From: Antedon mediterranea
Lineage: Eukaryota > Animalia > Echinodermata
DNA: 64,000 nucleotides
Assembly (NCBI RefSeq): GCF_964355755.1
Contig: NC_092675.1
Location: 28,244,912-28,308,911 of the forward strand
Direction of reading: 5' to 3'
The translations under genes and the position numbers were made by a program. The notes beneath the pieces were generated by a model. It made no database searches. It saw nothing but the letters and a program-made list of their open reading frames with translations, and was not told where the DNA came from. This document shows, one piece after another, positions 54,201 through 64,000 of this stretch (position 1 is the stretch's first letter; every line of letters starts with the position of its first letter).

Positions 54201-57200
54201 TTCACAGTAATACAGTAATAGTATTAATTGTAGGCCTACACACAATTCAAATAGCTACAGGGGAAATCCCTCCTTTAGTACACCCCTATTAGTGGACACT
54301 TTTCTTTGAAATAAATGAGAGGACATATTATGAAAAACCGGCAACACTCATATTAAAGTGATAGTTTGTTGGGTCCCAAAGGTGTCCACTTTTCAGGAGA
54401 TCCCATACTTATTATCAACCAATACATATAAACAATACTACTGTTGGTTAATTTCATTTAAAGTTTTCATTTTAAAACAAATTATGTTATTAGGTTCAAA
54501 TTATTAACATTTCAAGTTCATGTATAATATTTGATTTACCTGATAATCAGACTTCATAATGCATTTTTTACCTCATATAACTGAATGTAAATAATAGTCT
54601 AACAGGAAAATACAATAACTAAATCATTATAACTTTCAATACATAGTAAAACATACAATACTTATAATATTTCATAATAATATGTAATTTCTAACATCAA
54701 AACACAATAAATTCATTATAATTTTACTATACCATCATTAACTTTATTAATTATATCTGAATAATATAATCATGAATAATATTTGTTAATAAGCATTTAT
54801 TATTTAAATGTTAATGTATTGTTGTTTCCTATTTCGGTACTGCCTTGAGGGTATTGTACAGGGAAAATGTCTCATATAATAATGGGTTTTTTTTGTGTAA
54901 GGGAATCTTTTAATATTCTCTTTTAGCACCTTGTTAATTATGTTTAAAATAATCTGATATTTGTACAGACAATACAGTATACTAATATAAAATGTCTATG
55001 TGGTAAAGGTACTGTACATATAGTTATAGCAATATCCTATTAAAAAGAACTAATTTTAGTATTTCTTTTTTAAGTTTCTTTTAAATTCCTCTTAATAAAT
55101 TTGTTATAACGGTGAAATCTTTTCAAGATAATAATGTTTTATAATCTCAGATTTGTTTTAATGTGCTATTTTATTGTTATTATTCAATATTTATCCTGAT
55201 GTATTTGCTGTAGGTGTGTTTGCCCCAATGAGTAAGGTGGTTAAGCCAGGAACCCCAACCAAGTCAACTACACCAAGGTCTAATAGTGCTACCATCAACT
55301 ATGGAGGAGTAGATGTCTCAAAAGTAGCCTCCAAAATTGATACAGGTAACTTTCAATTTTAGCCTACTTTCGTCTTATTAATTTGATGCAGACTAAAGCT
55401 CTGTCAAACTAGTTTGACAAAAAAAAAGAGTGATGTGCCCAAATATGGTAGTGATATACCCAAATACAGTAGTGATATATCATCATGTCCATATATGGGC
55501 ACATCACAATTTTGTTGTCACATAAAGTTTGATAGTGTAGACAGAGCTTTACTACTACAATGCACATATCATTCAGATGCGGCGGAAAGAAAGTTCAGAG
55601 GTCACAAATTATTAATGAATTTAAAAACTTTTTGCATGCATTATTGCCTCGCAACTTTCCACAAAATCTCATCTCATATTTTAGTACAGTTTAATATTTA
55701 ATCTCATATTTTATTACAGTTTATTATTCAATCTTTATTTAAAAACATTAAGTTGTTCTTACTGATACATTCAAACTGTTTTCTAGATGTGGCATGTTTA
55801 TCTCATATAGCATTACATATAAAATGTTTTTATCCGGCACTTAACTTTTAAGACTGTGTTTTACCTTCTCTAGGTCGTAAAAATCGTTCTCCATCTATGT
55901 CAAGTTCGTATGCAGAAGAGATCGATGTTGGCGAACGTGTTATTGTTGCCGGTCAAAGGGTAGGAATTGTGCGATTTTGTGGAGAAACCATGTTTGCGCC
56001 AGGTAATGTGTTTGCTACGTATTAATTAAAGTCACCAGATGTTATTATTAGTTATTTCTGCTTGATCACAATTTAATGTTGTTTTCTTCAACTACATTTT
56101 GATATTCAAGATTTTAATTTCCCTATAGTATATTAAATTATTTTTGTTTTAATTGTAAATAATGGATATCTAACAGTGACGTAAGGCATTGTCTGTTAAC
56201 AGAAAAAATACAAATTTATATAAACATACAGTAGACCCTCTCCTTTCATACATTGTTCAAGGACCCTTTTTAAAGAAAAATGTATTTTTCAGGGGTATGG
56301 TATGGAATCGAATTAGATAAAGCACTCGGTAAGAATGATGGTTCAGTCTCAGGGGAGAGGTACTTTCATTGTAAGCCCAAGTATGGTGTCTTTGCTCCAC
56401 CTTCAAGGGTTACAAGGTAAGACATGTAGGAGTGGAGTTGTGGCTTGGTGGTTATGATGCTCTGCTACCAATCCAAGGGTCCTGAGTTCAAGTCCTATCC
56501 TATGTCAGGATAAATATAAATAAATAAAATAAATAATATCATATACATTGGTTTATACCAGTTTATACCAAAGAGGTAATATTATAATTAATTAGAGAAG
56601 AACCACACGATATGGCGGTATCGGCCAATGTAACTCCCCTCGGTAATTACAGTAATGCCAACTCGGTCAGGCACTTCTTGGCCTTTATACAACGTTTGTG
56701 TATCGTGTGATCTTCAGTTATCTGTAATTGTTTTTTAAGCTATGTAATTGATTTTGTTAGTTCAAGTTTATTAACAATTGCTTTTTGTTTTCTATAGAAT
56801 GAATGGATCATTGGCAGGCTCAGTAGAATCTCTTCCATATGCCACCAGTGACTTCAACACAACCTACCCAAACACAAGTAAATATTGTTGTAATAATTAA
56901 ACTTTGTGTCACTTTTATTTATATTCATACATGGGTTAGGGTTCAAGTTAGGTCAAACAGGTAACATTTATTTGGATTGTGGTAATACACCACCCCTTAA
57001 TACACTTCTACCAGTGGATAAAATCTGCTAGCAGACAATCATTTATACCTTCTTCTGCTATTAATTAAACCTCAGTTCATAAACCTTAATTTCAAAGATG
57101 TTCTGTTTTAATTTACTGCTATTTTCAAATGCATTTTGTTCTTCATTAAGGTTTGCGTAGAGGTGTCAGTTCACATCTAAACACAAGTTTAAGGAGTTTA

Positions 57201-58268
57201 AGCACCAAGTCATCCAAGCTCTCAAGGTAATACTGTTTATATTATTATATTATTATTTATTTTCTTAAAGCTGAGGTACAGGCATACATTTTAAATTTAT
57301 TATCTGGTAAATTGTACATAATGAAATATTTGTAACAGAAATCAAGACAAAAACAATTTACCTTAAAATCATCAAATACAAAATTTGGAAAAATTCTGCT
57401 ATAAAAACAAGGAAGACTTTTTTTTAAATAGTTAGGTAGTTTACCCTAATGTATAACATGTAACGTGACTCCCTAGAAAGTGAAAAAAGATGCTGGGTAT
57501 ATGGTGGATACTTTTTGCTATAGCATGAAGATAAAACTCTGAAGTTGAATAAAATATGGGAAACTACAGATTGATAATTATTAGAATGTATGATCAATAG
57601 ACATTTTTTTCCACACCTGGCCTTTAGATAACAATAATTTTAAGAATATTAATCTTTTTTTTTATTTCAGATAAATATCCATAGAGAGAGAACATAATAT
57701 ATACATAGCAAAAATAAATATAATTTTACTGTAATTATTTTAATAACTATTATACACCATAAAGGTTTACAAATATTTTAGAAACAGGTAAGAAGCATCA
57801 ATACAGATATACTTCTACTGTATCTGTAGATTTTCTGTAATTGAACAAATCATACCATTTCCATTAATTAAAAATTCTTTCAGGGTCATTTTATTTTCAG
57901 AAATCTGAATTGTATAAATTATTAATTAGTGTAATCATAATAGTAATCTTGTTGACATTGTAATGTGTTGTTGTTCACTCAGGTCACGACAAGCGAGTCT
58001 TGAAAAACAACTATCAATTAATGAAGATTTTAAATTGTCCGTTGGACTCAGCGTGCTCGTCAACAATGAAATTGGCGTGATTCGTTTCATCGGTCCTACA
58101 GATTTTGCTGAAGGCCTCTGGCTGGGTGTGGAGTTACGAACGTCTAAGGGTAAAAATGACGGCTCCGTCCAAGGCAAGCGTTACTTCACCTGTAAACCAA
58201 ACTACGGGTTGCTGGTTCGGCCTAGCCGTGTCACTGTTAGAGGTATCAAGGGAGATAAACTACTTTAA
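45291..58268 (+). CDS. CLIP4: CAP-Gly domain-containing linker protein 4-like (CLIP3/4 family): ankyrin repeats + three CAP-Gly domains, about 606 aa with exon B
   Basis: Coding exons 45291-45545, 49600-49855, 51309-51655, 53235-53370, [53844-53933 A and/or 55214-55345 B], 55874-56002, 56293-56416, 56798-56877, 57151-57226, 57983-58268. Motifs [48 protein letters not shown], three GKNDGSV. C-terminal [16 protein letters not shown] resembles vertebrate CLIP4. Confidence 0.93.
47025..47263 (-). mobile_element. tRNA-derived CORE-like SINE with LINE-like tail
   Basis: Degenerate A/B boxes, CTTAGGCAAGATACTTTAC, CCACCCAGGTGTATAAATGGG, AAGCGCTATATAAG, (TAT)n tail. Confidence 0.8.
49101..49387. mobile_element. 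MITE family C (AGCTGCTTTTACATCGCACC...GGCGCGATGTGAAAGTAGCT)
   Basis: Imperfect TIRs of about 35 bp with TTA duplicated at 49098-49100 and 49388-49390. Confidence 0.82.
52998..53110 (+). mobile_element. tRNA-like SINE head (not a functional tRNA)
   Basis: GTGGTCTGATGG and GGTTCAAATC boxes; acceptor stem does not pair cleanly. Confidence 0.55.
53844..53933 (+). CDS. Candidate alternative CLIP exon [31 protein letters not shown], with SxIP motif
   Basis: Acceptor ttgtttttcag, donor CAG|GTGACA, 90 nt, phase 1-1, open frame; begins with the CAP-Gly closing G-I-F-x-P like exon B. Confidence 0.7.
55214..55345 (+). CDS. CLIP exon [14 protein letters not shown]...[11 protein letters not shown] (vertebrate-like form)
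   Basis: Acceptor tttgctgtag, donor CAG|GTAACT, 132 nt, phase 1-1; [12 protein letters not shown] resembles recalled CLIP4 DVAHVTSKVNTG. Confidence 0.88.
55397..55548 (+). mobile_element. MITE family A
   Basis: Right TIR intact, short deletion in left TIR. Confidence 0.88.
56429..56535 (+). mobile_element. tRNA-like SINE head with A-rich tail
   Basis: GTGGCTTGGTGG and GAGTTCAAGTCC boxes, followed by (TAAA)n. Confidence 0.55.
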
Positions 58269-61149
58269 TAGGCCAGCTGTATCTTTCTCAAGAATAGTCA
58301 ATTTTGTATATACAGTATTTGAAATGATTTGAAATATCAAATTTCACATTTATGATAGCCATACGCTACAGTATTTAAAAAATAATAATTACATTCATTA
58401 TTGAATTTTGTTAATTTGTTTTTGGATTTTTTTTTCTACAAATACAAAACTATACATTCCAATTTTGTTTATATTAAACTATGGTTAAACTGATATAGGG
58501 ACTTATGAGGTTGATAATAAAGGTTTATTTATTTGATTATTTTTCTGATTTTTTTATTTCTAAATTAAAGAAATAATCATATTATTTGAATGGTAGTAGG
58601 TCTACTAGTAAACGTATATCTATGTACTGAAATACACAGTTTGATACAGTAGTATAGTGGTGTTATAATAAATAAGTTTGTACATTATGCACTATAAAAC
58701 TAGAAACATATGGTGCATCCATATTATTTAATAAAATGTCAAATATTTTTTAATTTGACTAATTTTGTCTTTACAATATATGGTTATCATGGTATATTCA
58801 AGAAATTCTGTTTTAAATATCTTCCGTTTTATCCTCAATCCAGAAGACAAAATTGTTACCGAAATATCAGTGTTTTTTATCCATTTTTGTGCTAAATATG
58901 TACTATTGCTGCAAGAATATGCATTTTGCTGTTTTCTACTTTCTGTTTAACCCTTGACCTCATCATCTTTACTAAATTTAATTAAGTTTAAATTGTCTCA
59001 CCATATATAGTAGTCAAGGTTCTAGAAGGCAATTTGACTTAATATTTTGGTAAAAAGACATTTTGGCACATATGGCGTTTCATATGTATAATTATTGAGC
59101 CGACTAGTGGCAGACGCTGTCAAAAATTGTATCTCTTTTTATATATTTATTATTATTATTACTGTTGAACACAGCCATCTTCCAGGGTTATTAAGATTAA
59201 AATGTTTTTTCTAATTGATGTCGCATACAGAAGCTTATTGGTGTGTAGGCGGCTATTAGTCTTTAACACATAACAATAAAAAATTTATCTACAAATGTAA
59301 GAAACAATCCAACTATAAATGGAAAGACTAGAGACAAAATCCAATTAATTATCCTATATACAATCTGGACTCATAATAGTTAGTTGTGCTTGCGTAAGCC
59401 AATAATAGCCTGTACAATATAATGTCCCAAAACAAGTGTTGTGCTTAACTATATAGCCCAAGTGTGTATCTTTTAATGCAATGATATATCTAAGTAGTAT
59501 CAAATTTGACAGATGTATTAATTCATTGTAATACTATATAATACAGTATATATGTATATTTAGATAGTAAATATAACTTACTATATAGAGCTATAAAAAT
59601 GTCATTGCTCTTGACAAATTTCATTGCAAATTTATTTTATTATATCTGTTTGTGTCTATGCAAACTAGCAATTTGTTAGTAGGTTGAGAATTTCAAAACT
59701 ACTGTTATTAATGGTTTTAAATTTGAAAAAAAAAAGAAGTTAATTTTAGTCTAGCAAAAGTACTTGATGTGCCAATTTTTGTAAATCTTTTTGTAGAATT
59801 ATGAAATTTACAAAAAAAAAATGTGTTAATTGCTAGTTGAGTAGCTCCTTTTTCTAGTTAGACCTTGTACGCATAGAAAATGTTTGTTAGTGGATAAAAA
59901 AGGAAATCCACCCTGAAAATATTATAATCACAATACAATATCATCCTAGACCCTGTCATTCGTGCAAAGACTAATGCACATAGTACTGTGGTACAGTACC
60001 TATTTGACACAAAGGGACCATTAGTAGAGATGTTGTATATGTAACATCTAGTCCACTGCTCTTTGAGTTAGATGCTATTACTGTAAAAAAAAGAAGAAAA
60101 GAAATTAAAGCACTCAGAAACTGAGTGAAGTACTTGGCAAAATATAGCCACAGAGGGCGCATGTTGATATTTCGGCCCATGTTAAAAGAATACAAATTTT
60201 TTCTTTTTTTTCTTTGTGAAGTTATTAATGAACCAATTTTCTTGAATCTATCTTCAGTTTACAGTACAACAAACTGAACACCCTTGGGTTGGGTCAAAAT
60301 GTCTGAGTTTACAGAAAGTCTGGCTTATTTTAAAATTCAGTTTTACATTGTAAGAATTCAGAACCTTGGAACAGTAAGATGTTGCTTCTGACAAGAGTTT
60401 TTTTTGTATTCAGAGAGTCCAGGTAGAGAAAACAAGTAGTTAGCGTTATGTAAAGATATGCTAGTAAAATGTTAACTATAGCCATTATGTCCAGCTGCTA
60501 AGGCATGACAATGTATACAAATATCGGATAATTTTAAATATTTAAAAGTATAATATGCAAAAAATAGGGTAATTTATATTCGTATACTCATGCGTATTTG
60601 ATCATATGTGATTTTAAACACATGATACATTATTCAGTCGTTTTGTAATTTGATACTTCTCACCCAATGATAATGCAAATATGCTTGTCAGTTTAATTTG
60701 CCCATTACAAAGCAAATTACCCAATTGTTAAATTCAGAGACATAATAGTGCTTTTCTTTTTCTAAATTGCCGTATAAGAACAAAATAAGTATGATGAGAT
60801 AGTAACTATATTTTTATTACAGATGGGACAATATCTTATAACCTCTTGTTTGTAAATTTCTAATATGCTAATTTTTTACAGTTTATAATCTTATTCAAAT
60901 GTTCCAACTACCGGTACTTACTATTAAATATTTATATTCTTCATATTTTTATGAAATTATTTCATTTTACTGAGTAACCTCTTCATACAAGACCTTCCAA
61001 AGGGAACAGTACATGGCCTTGATCAGCACAGAAAGATCTACTATTTTAGTAGTGTTCATCGTGCACATATGAAATGTATGTACACAGAACGGCTTTACAT
61101 CATATGGCAGACATGCCTCGAACCATTGCCTCTCATATTCTAGTTAAAT

Positions 61150-61382
61150 ATTCCTTAGGCAAGATGCTTTACTCTCATTTCCCCGTCCTTTGGATGGGAT
61201 GTAAAGCCGTTGGTACTGTGTACATAGTGTACGTTAAAGAACTTGGTATACTATTTGCAAAGAGTAGGGGTAGTCTCCCAGTGTGCTGATCTGGTAGGCG
61301 CTGCACTGCTGGCTGCTGTGGGTCCGTGGAAGGCCTAATCCTAATTTCTTGAGGACAAATATAAATACCTTTACCTTTACCA
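61150..61382 (+). mobile_element. SINE with Deu-domain-like body, 5'-truncated
   Basis: CCTTAGGCAAGATGCTTTAC, GTCCTTTGGATGGGATGTAAAGCCG..GTTAAAGAAC..ACTATTTGCAAAGAGTAGGGG, (CCTTTA)n tail. Confidence 0.7.
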
Positions 61383-62388
61383 TACATCTTAAAATAAATA
61401 CCTTGCATTACTCCTTGTTAAAAAATGTATACGTTACACAATTTTCTCAAACAATGTGTGGACAGCACATATTAGAGTATTAGGTAATAACATTTCTAAA
61501 ATCATATTTTTACAGTAAATATTTAAATACTGCAATTACACTGACACTGACAGAGACAATCACTTGGGTGATAATATTCATTGTTAAATAAATGTTTTAC
61601 TCTAATCATTTTCAAATGTAGACTTAGTATAAATGTATCAACTTCATTTAAAGGTGTATACATATTTATAACATTTATATTCCATTGGTTATCTTATACA
61701 CTGCTACAATGCAAATGTGCATAACACCTTGGTAATGAGAATATTAGACTATAATGCATAAATTGAATGGTGCTTACATTTCTTAAATTATCTTGAATGT
61801 GATAGGTATCCTTTCTTTTATTATTGACATAAATGTAAAAATATGTATTTGGATATTCTACACTTTAAAACTTCCTTGCATCATATATTGCAAGAATTTA
61901 CAATGGTTGCCTGGTTATCAATTCCAAAATAAGACATAATTTATTATTGTTCATTTCAATCATATTATTTACACTCTGGCAAAGTTTTCATATTATTTGT
62001 ACAAACAATAACATTTTACCTAATCTGGTAGCAAATGGTATAAATATCTACATTTTTTTTTAATTTTACATATGCAGTTTGATACTATTTAAGGGTTATG
62101 TGCAATTTAGTTTGATGTGATTGGAGAAACTTATGCATGTTTATTTGGGCCAACTTTTGTAAAGTGTGTGATGGAAATATTTAATTATGTTATGTTTGAA
62201 TCTGTTATTAATTGGTTATAAATAGAAAAATGAATTTGTTGTTGTGTGGCTTGCAAATAAACTCTACATGACAATTCAAAATAATGACTCTTTCTTTATT
62301 TTATTTGATTGTTTATTCATTTTAAATTACATTTAGTTAAACTTGTATGATTGCAACATAAAATTTTAATAATTACAGTATATGATAA

Positions 62389-62545
62389 CGCTATATTTTT
62401 TAACTGTATATCTAGTCCAGCCACATCACACTCTGCAGGCAGTATCTTCACTGCCTCTATAAAATGATATATTTTAACTGTTATGTCTAGTCCAGCCTCT
62501 GCAGGCAGTATATTCACTGCCTCTATAAAATGCTATATTTTAACT
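62389..62545 (-). repeat. 66-75-bp tandem duplication spanning the GRHPR stop codon
   Basis: AGTTAAAATATA(G/T)CATTTTATAGAGGCAGTGAA..CTGCCTGCAGAG..GCTGGACTAGA twice, plus a partial third unit. Confidence 0.9.
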
Positions 62546-62984
62546 TGGTGAGGCATGGGTGCTCCCTCTATACCAGCGACAAGGTTCTCCGCTGCCAATA
62601 TCGTCATTGTCTCCCTTGTATCATCGGTTGCACTACCAATATGGGGAAGAATAACTGAAAAAGATCAATAAAAAGTGGGTAAAAAGATGAATAAAAGTTG
62701 GATTACAAAAGCTACTACAGGTACTGCTGTTGTAAATGAATAATTAATTTGATCAGTGAATCAGCATTTATAGTACCCACTGCACTCTTGATATAAACTA
62801 CAATATCTGCACATATGTGCCTGATGAAAAAAGCAAATTGCAGTTTTACATACCACAGTTACGAAGACTAAGAAGTTGATGGTCAGTTGGAAGGGGCTCA
62901 GGAGTGGTCACATCCAGACCAGCTGCTTTGATTTCACCTGTCTTCAATGCTTTGTATAAATCATCTTGTTGGACAACACCACCT
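62533..62984 (-). CDS. GRHPR: Glyoxylate reductase/hydroxypyruvate reductase, last two exons (rest beyond window)
   Basis: Exons 62984-62854 ([43 protein letters not shown]) and 62654-62533 ([40 protein letters not shown]). D-2-hydroxyacid dehydrogenase motifs AGLDV..PEP and LPHIGSAT. Confidence 0.93.
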
Positions 62985-63492
62985 CTGAAACAAACGCAAT
63001 TTAAAAAATGTTTTATATTGTAATACTATTTTGTTGATTCTTTGAGGTGAGTTGAATACTCTTACAGTGTTTTTTAACCTTAAACATTACAAATAGTTAT
63101 ACAACCATACATGCCAATATCTAAAGGTAAAAAAACAGGAAGTGGTGTTTTAGGTTTTTAGGTCGCCCTCTATCTATTATCGAGAGCTAAGGAGTGCAGT
63201 GTGTGACATCACAAGTGGTATTGCGTGGTGGCTATGTGAGGAAAATTCCCTTTCCGATCAAATTATGACCGCAGATGGCTTAAATATCGTAAATTTGCTT
63301 GTGTGTAAACATTTTTGTTATATTTTAATGCAGAAAACAACACATATACATCCAAATTCAGTTATCTTTGTAATCCACGAGAAAATGTGGAAAACCCGGA
63401 GCAAAATGTTAGGCCGGGAGATGAGTCTAGAATATGGGAGACTCCCAGCCAAAACAGGAGTGTTGGTATGTATGATACAACGCATATATACT

Positions 63493-64000
63493 TAAAGGGG
63501 GGTTCCGGGTTTAAAATGAATAGTAAAAAATGTAAAATATATTTGTTTGTCTCTTGAACGGTAAAAGTTTCAATTTATATAAGCGCCCAGTGAAGCAGAA
63601 CGAAGGCTGTGAAATGAGGCCAGATTACAAGTGCAGCTACGGCAAAATCACACTGTGGTTACAGAATACGAAATTCGTGAAATGGTCAATCTTCCGACGA
63701 CTCGTTATCATTAACCATATCAATTACTTTTGTAAAATTATACTTATCTTATGTAATTTTAGTCGGTCTTCCCATTTATAAAATCAATTTTCTATGAAAA
63801 TCCATCAAAACAGTGAAATATTAGATAAGTTTGCACTTTACGTTTGCCGATTTTCGCACTGACTTAGGGAAAGCCTTCAAAATCAATGAAGCGTAACGTA
63901 TACAATCCTGCACCACCTGCTGAGCGAGGAGAGCGAGACGACGATACACGTGCTCTCTCTGCCCATGCCTGGCATCGTCACGTGATAAGCAGATACAGTA
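63493..64000 (+). mobile_element. Possible left end of a TTAA-targeting DNA transposon (Kolobok-like) in a GRHPR intron
   Basis: TTAA followed by AGGGG and a CpG-rich segment; right TIR not in window. Confidence 0.35.

Noticed and set aside
55414-55701. ORFs containing KYGSD or CPYMG words (also 5923-6177, 16430-16618)
   Set aside because: Translations of non-coding MITE A copies.
62400-62500. AGLD peptides in the GRHPR 3' repeat resembling the catalytic-domain AGLDV
   Set aside because: Four-residue match with weak nucleotide similarity; likely chance.

Overview
AT-rich, intron-containing animal genomic DNA, probably an invertebrate deuterostome such as an echinoderm (inferred from gene similarity and SINE types, not proven). 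Four spliced genes were rebuilt by hand with GT-AG sites and consistent intron phases: (1) the 3' part of an EFCAB14-like coiled-coil/EF-hand gene (+, 550-7230); (2) a complete RNF220 E3 ligase gene (-, 43972-12737, 12 coding exons, about 592 aa); (3) a CLIP4/CLIP3-like ankyrin + 3x CAP-Gly gene (+, 45291-58268), head-to-head with RNF220; (4) the last two exons of GRHPR (-, 62984-62533). Introns carry MITEs and tRNA-derived SINEs. Most notable: candidate mutually exclusive CLIP exons that each complete CAP-Gly domain 1, one adding an SxIP (EB-binding) motif; a 74-bp tandem array giving one RNF220 exon six AG|GTAAGG donors; a recurring pattern of tandem duplications on splice sites and stop codons; and a 71-codon open frame after the GRHPR UAG-C stop. 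Gene names rest on recalled vertebrate sequences; no searches were run.
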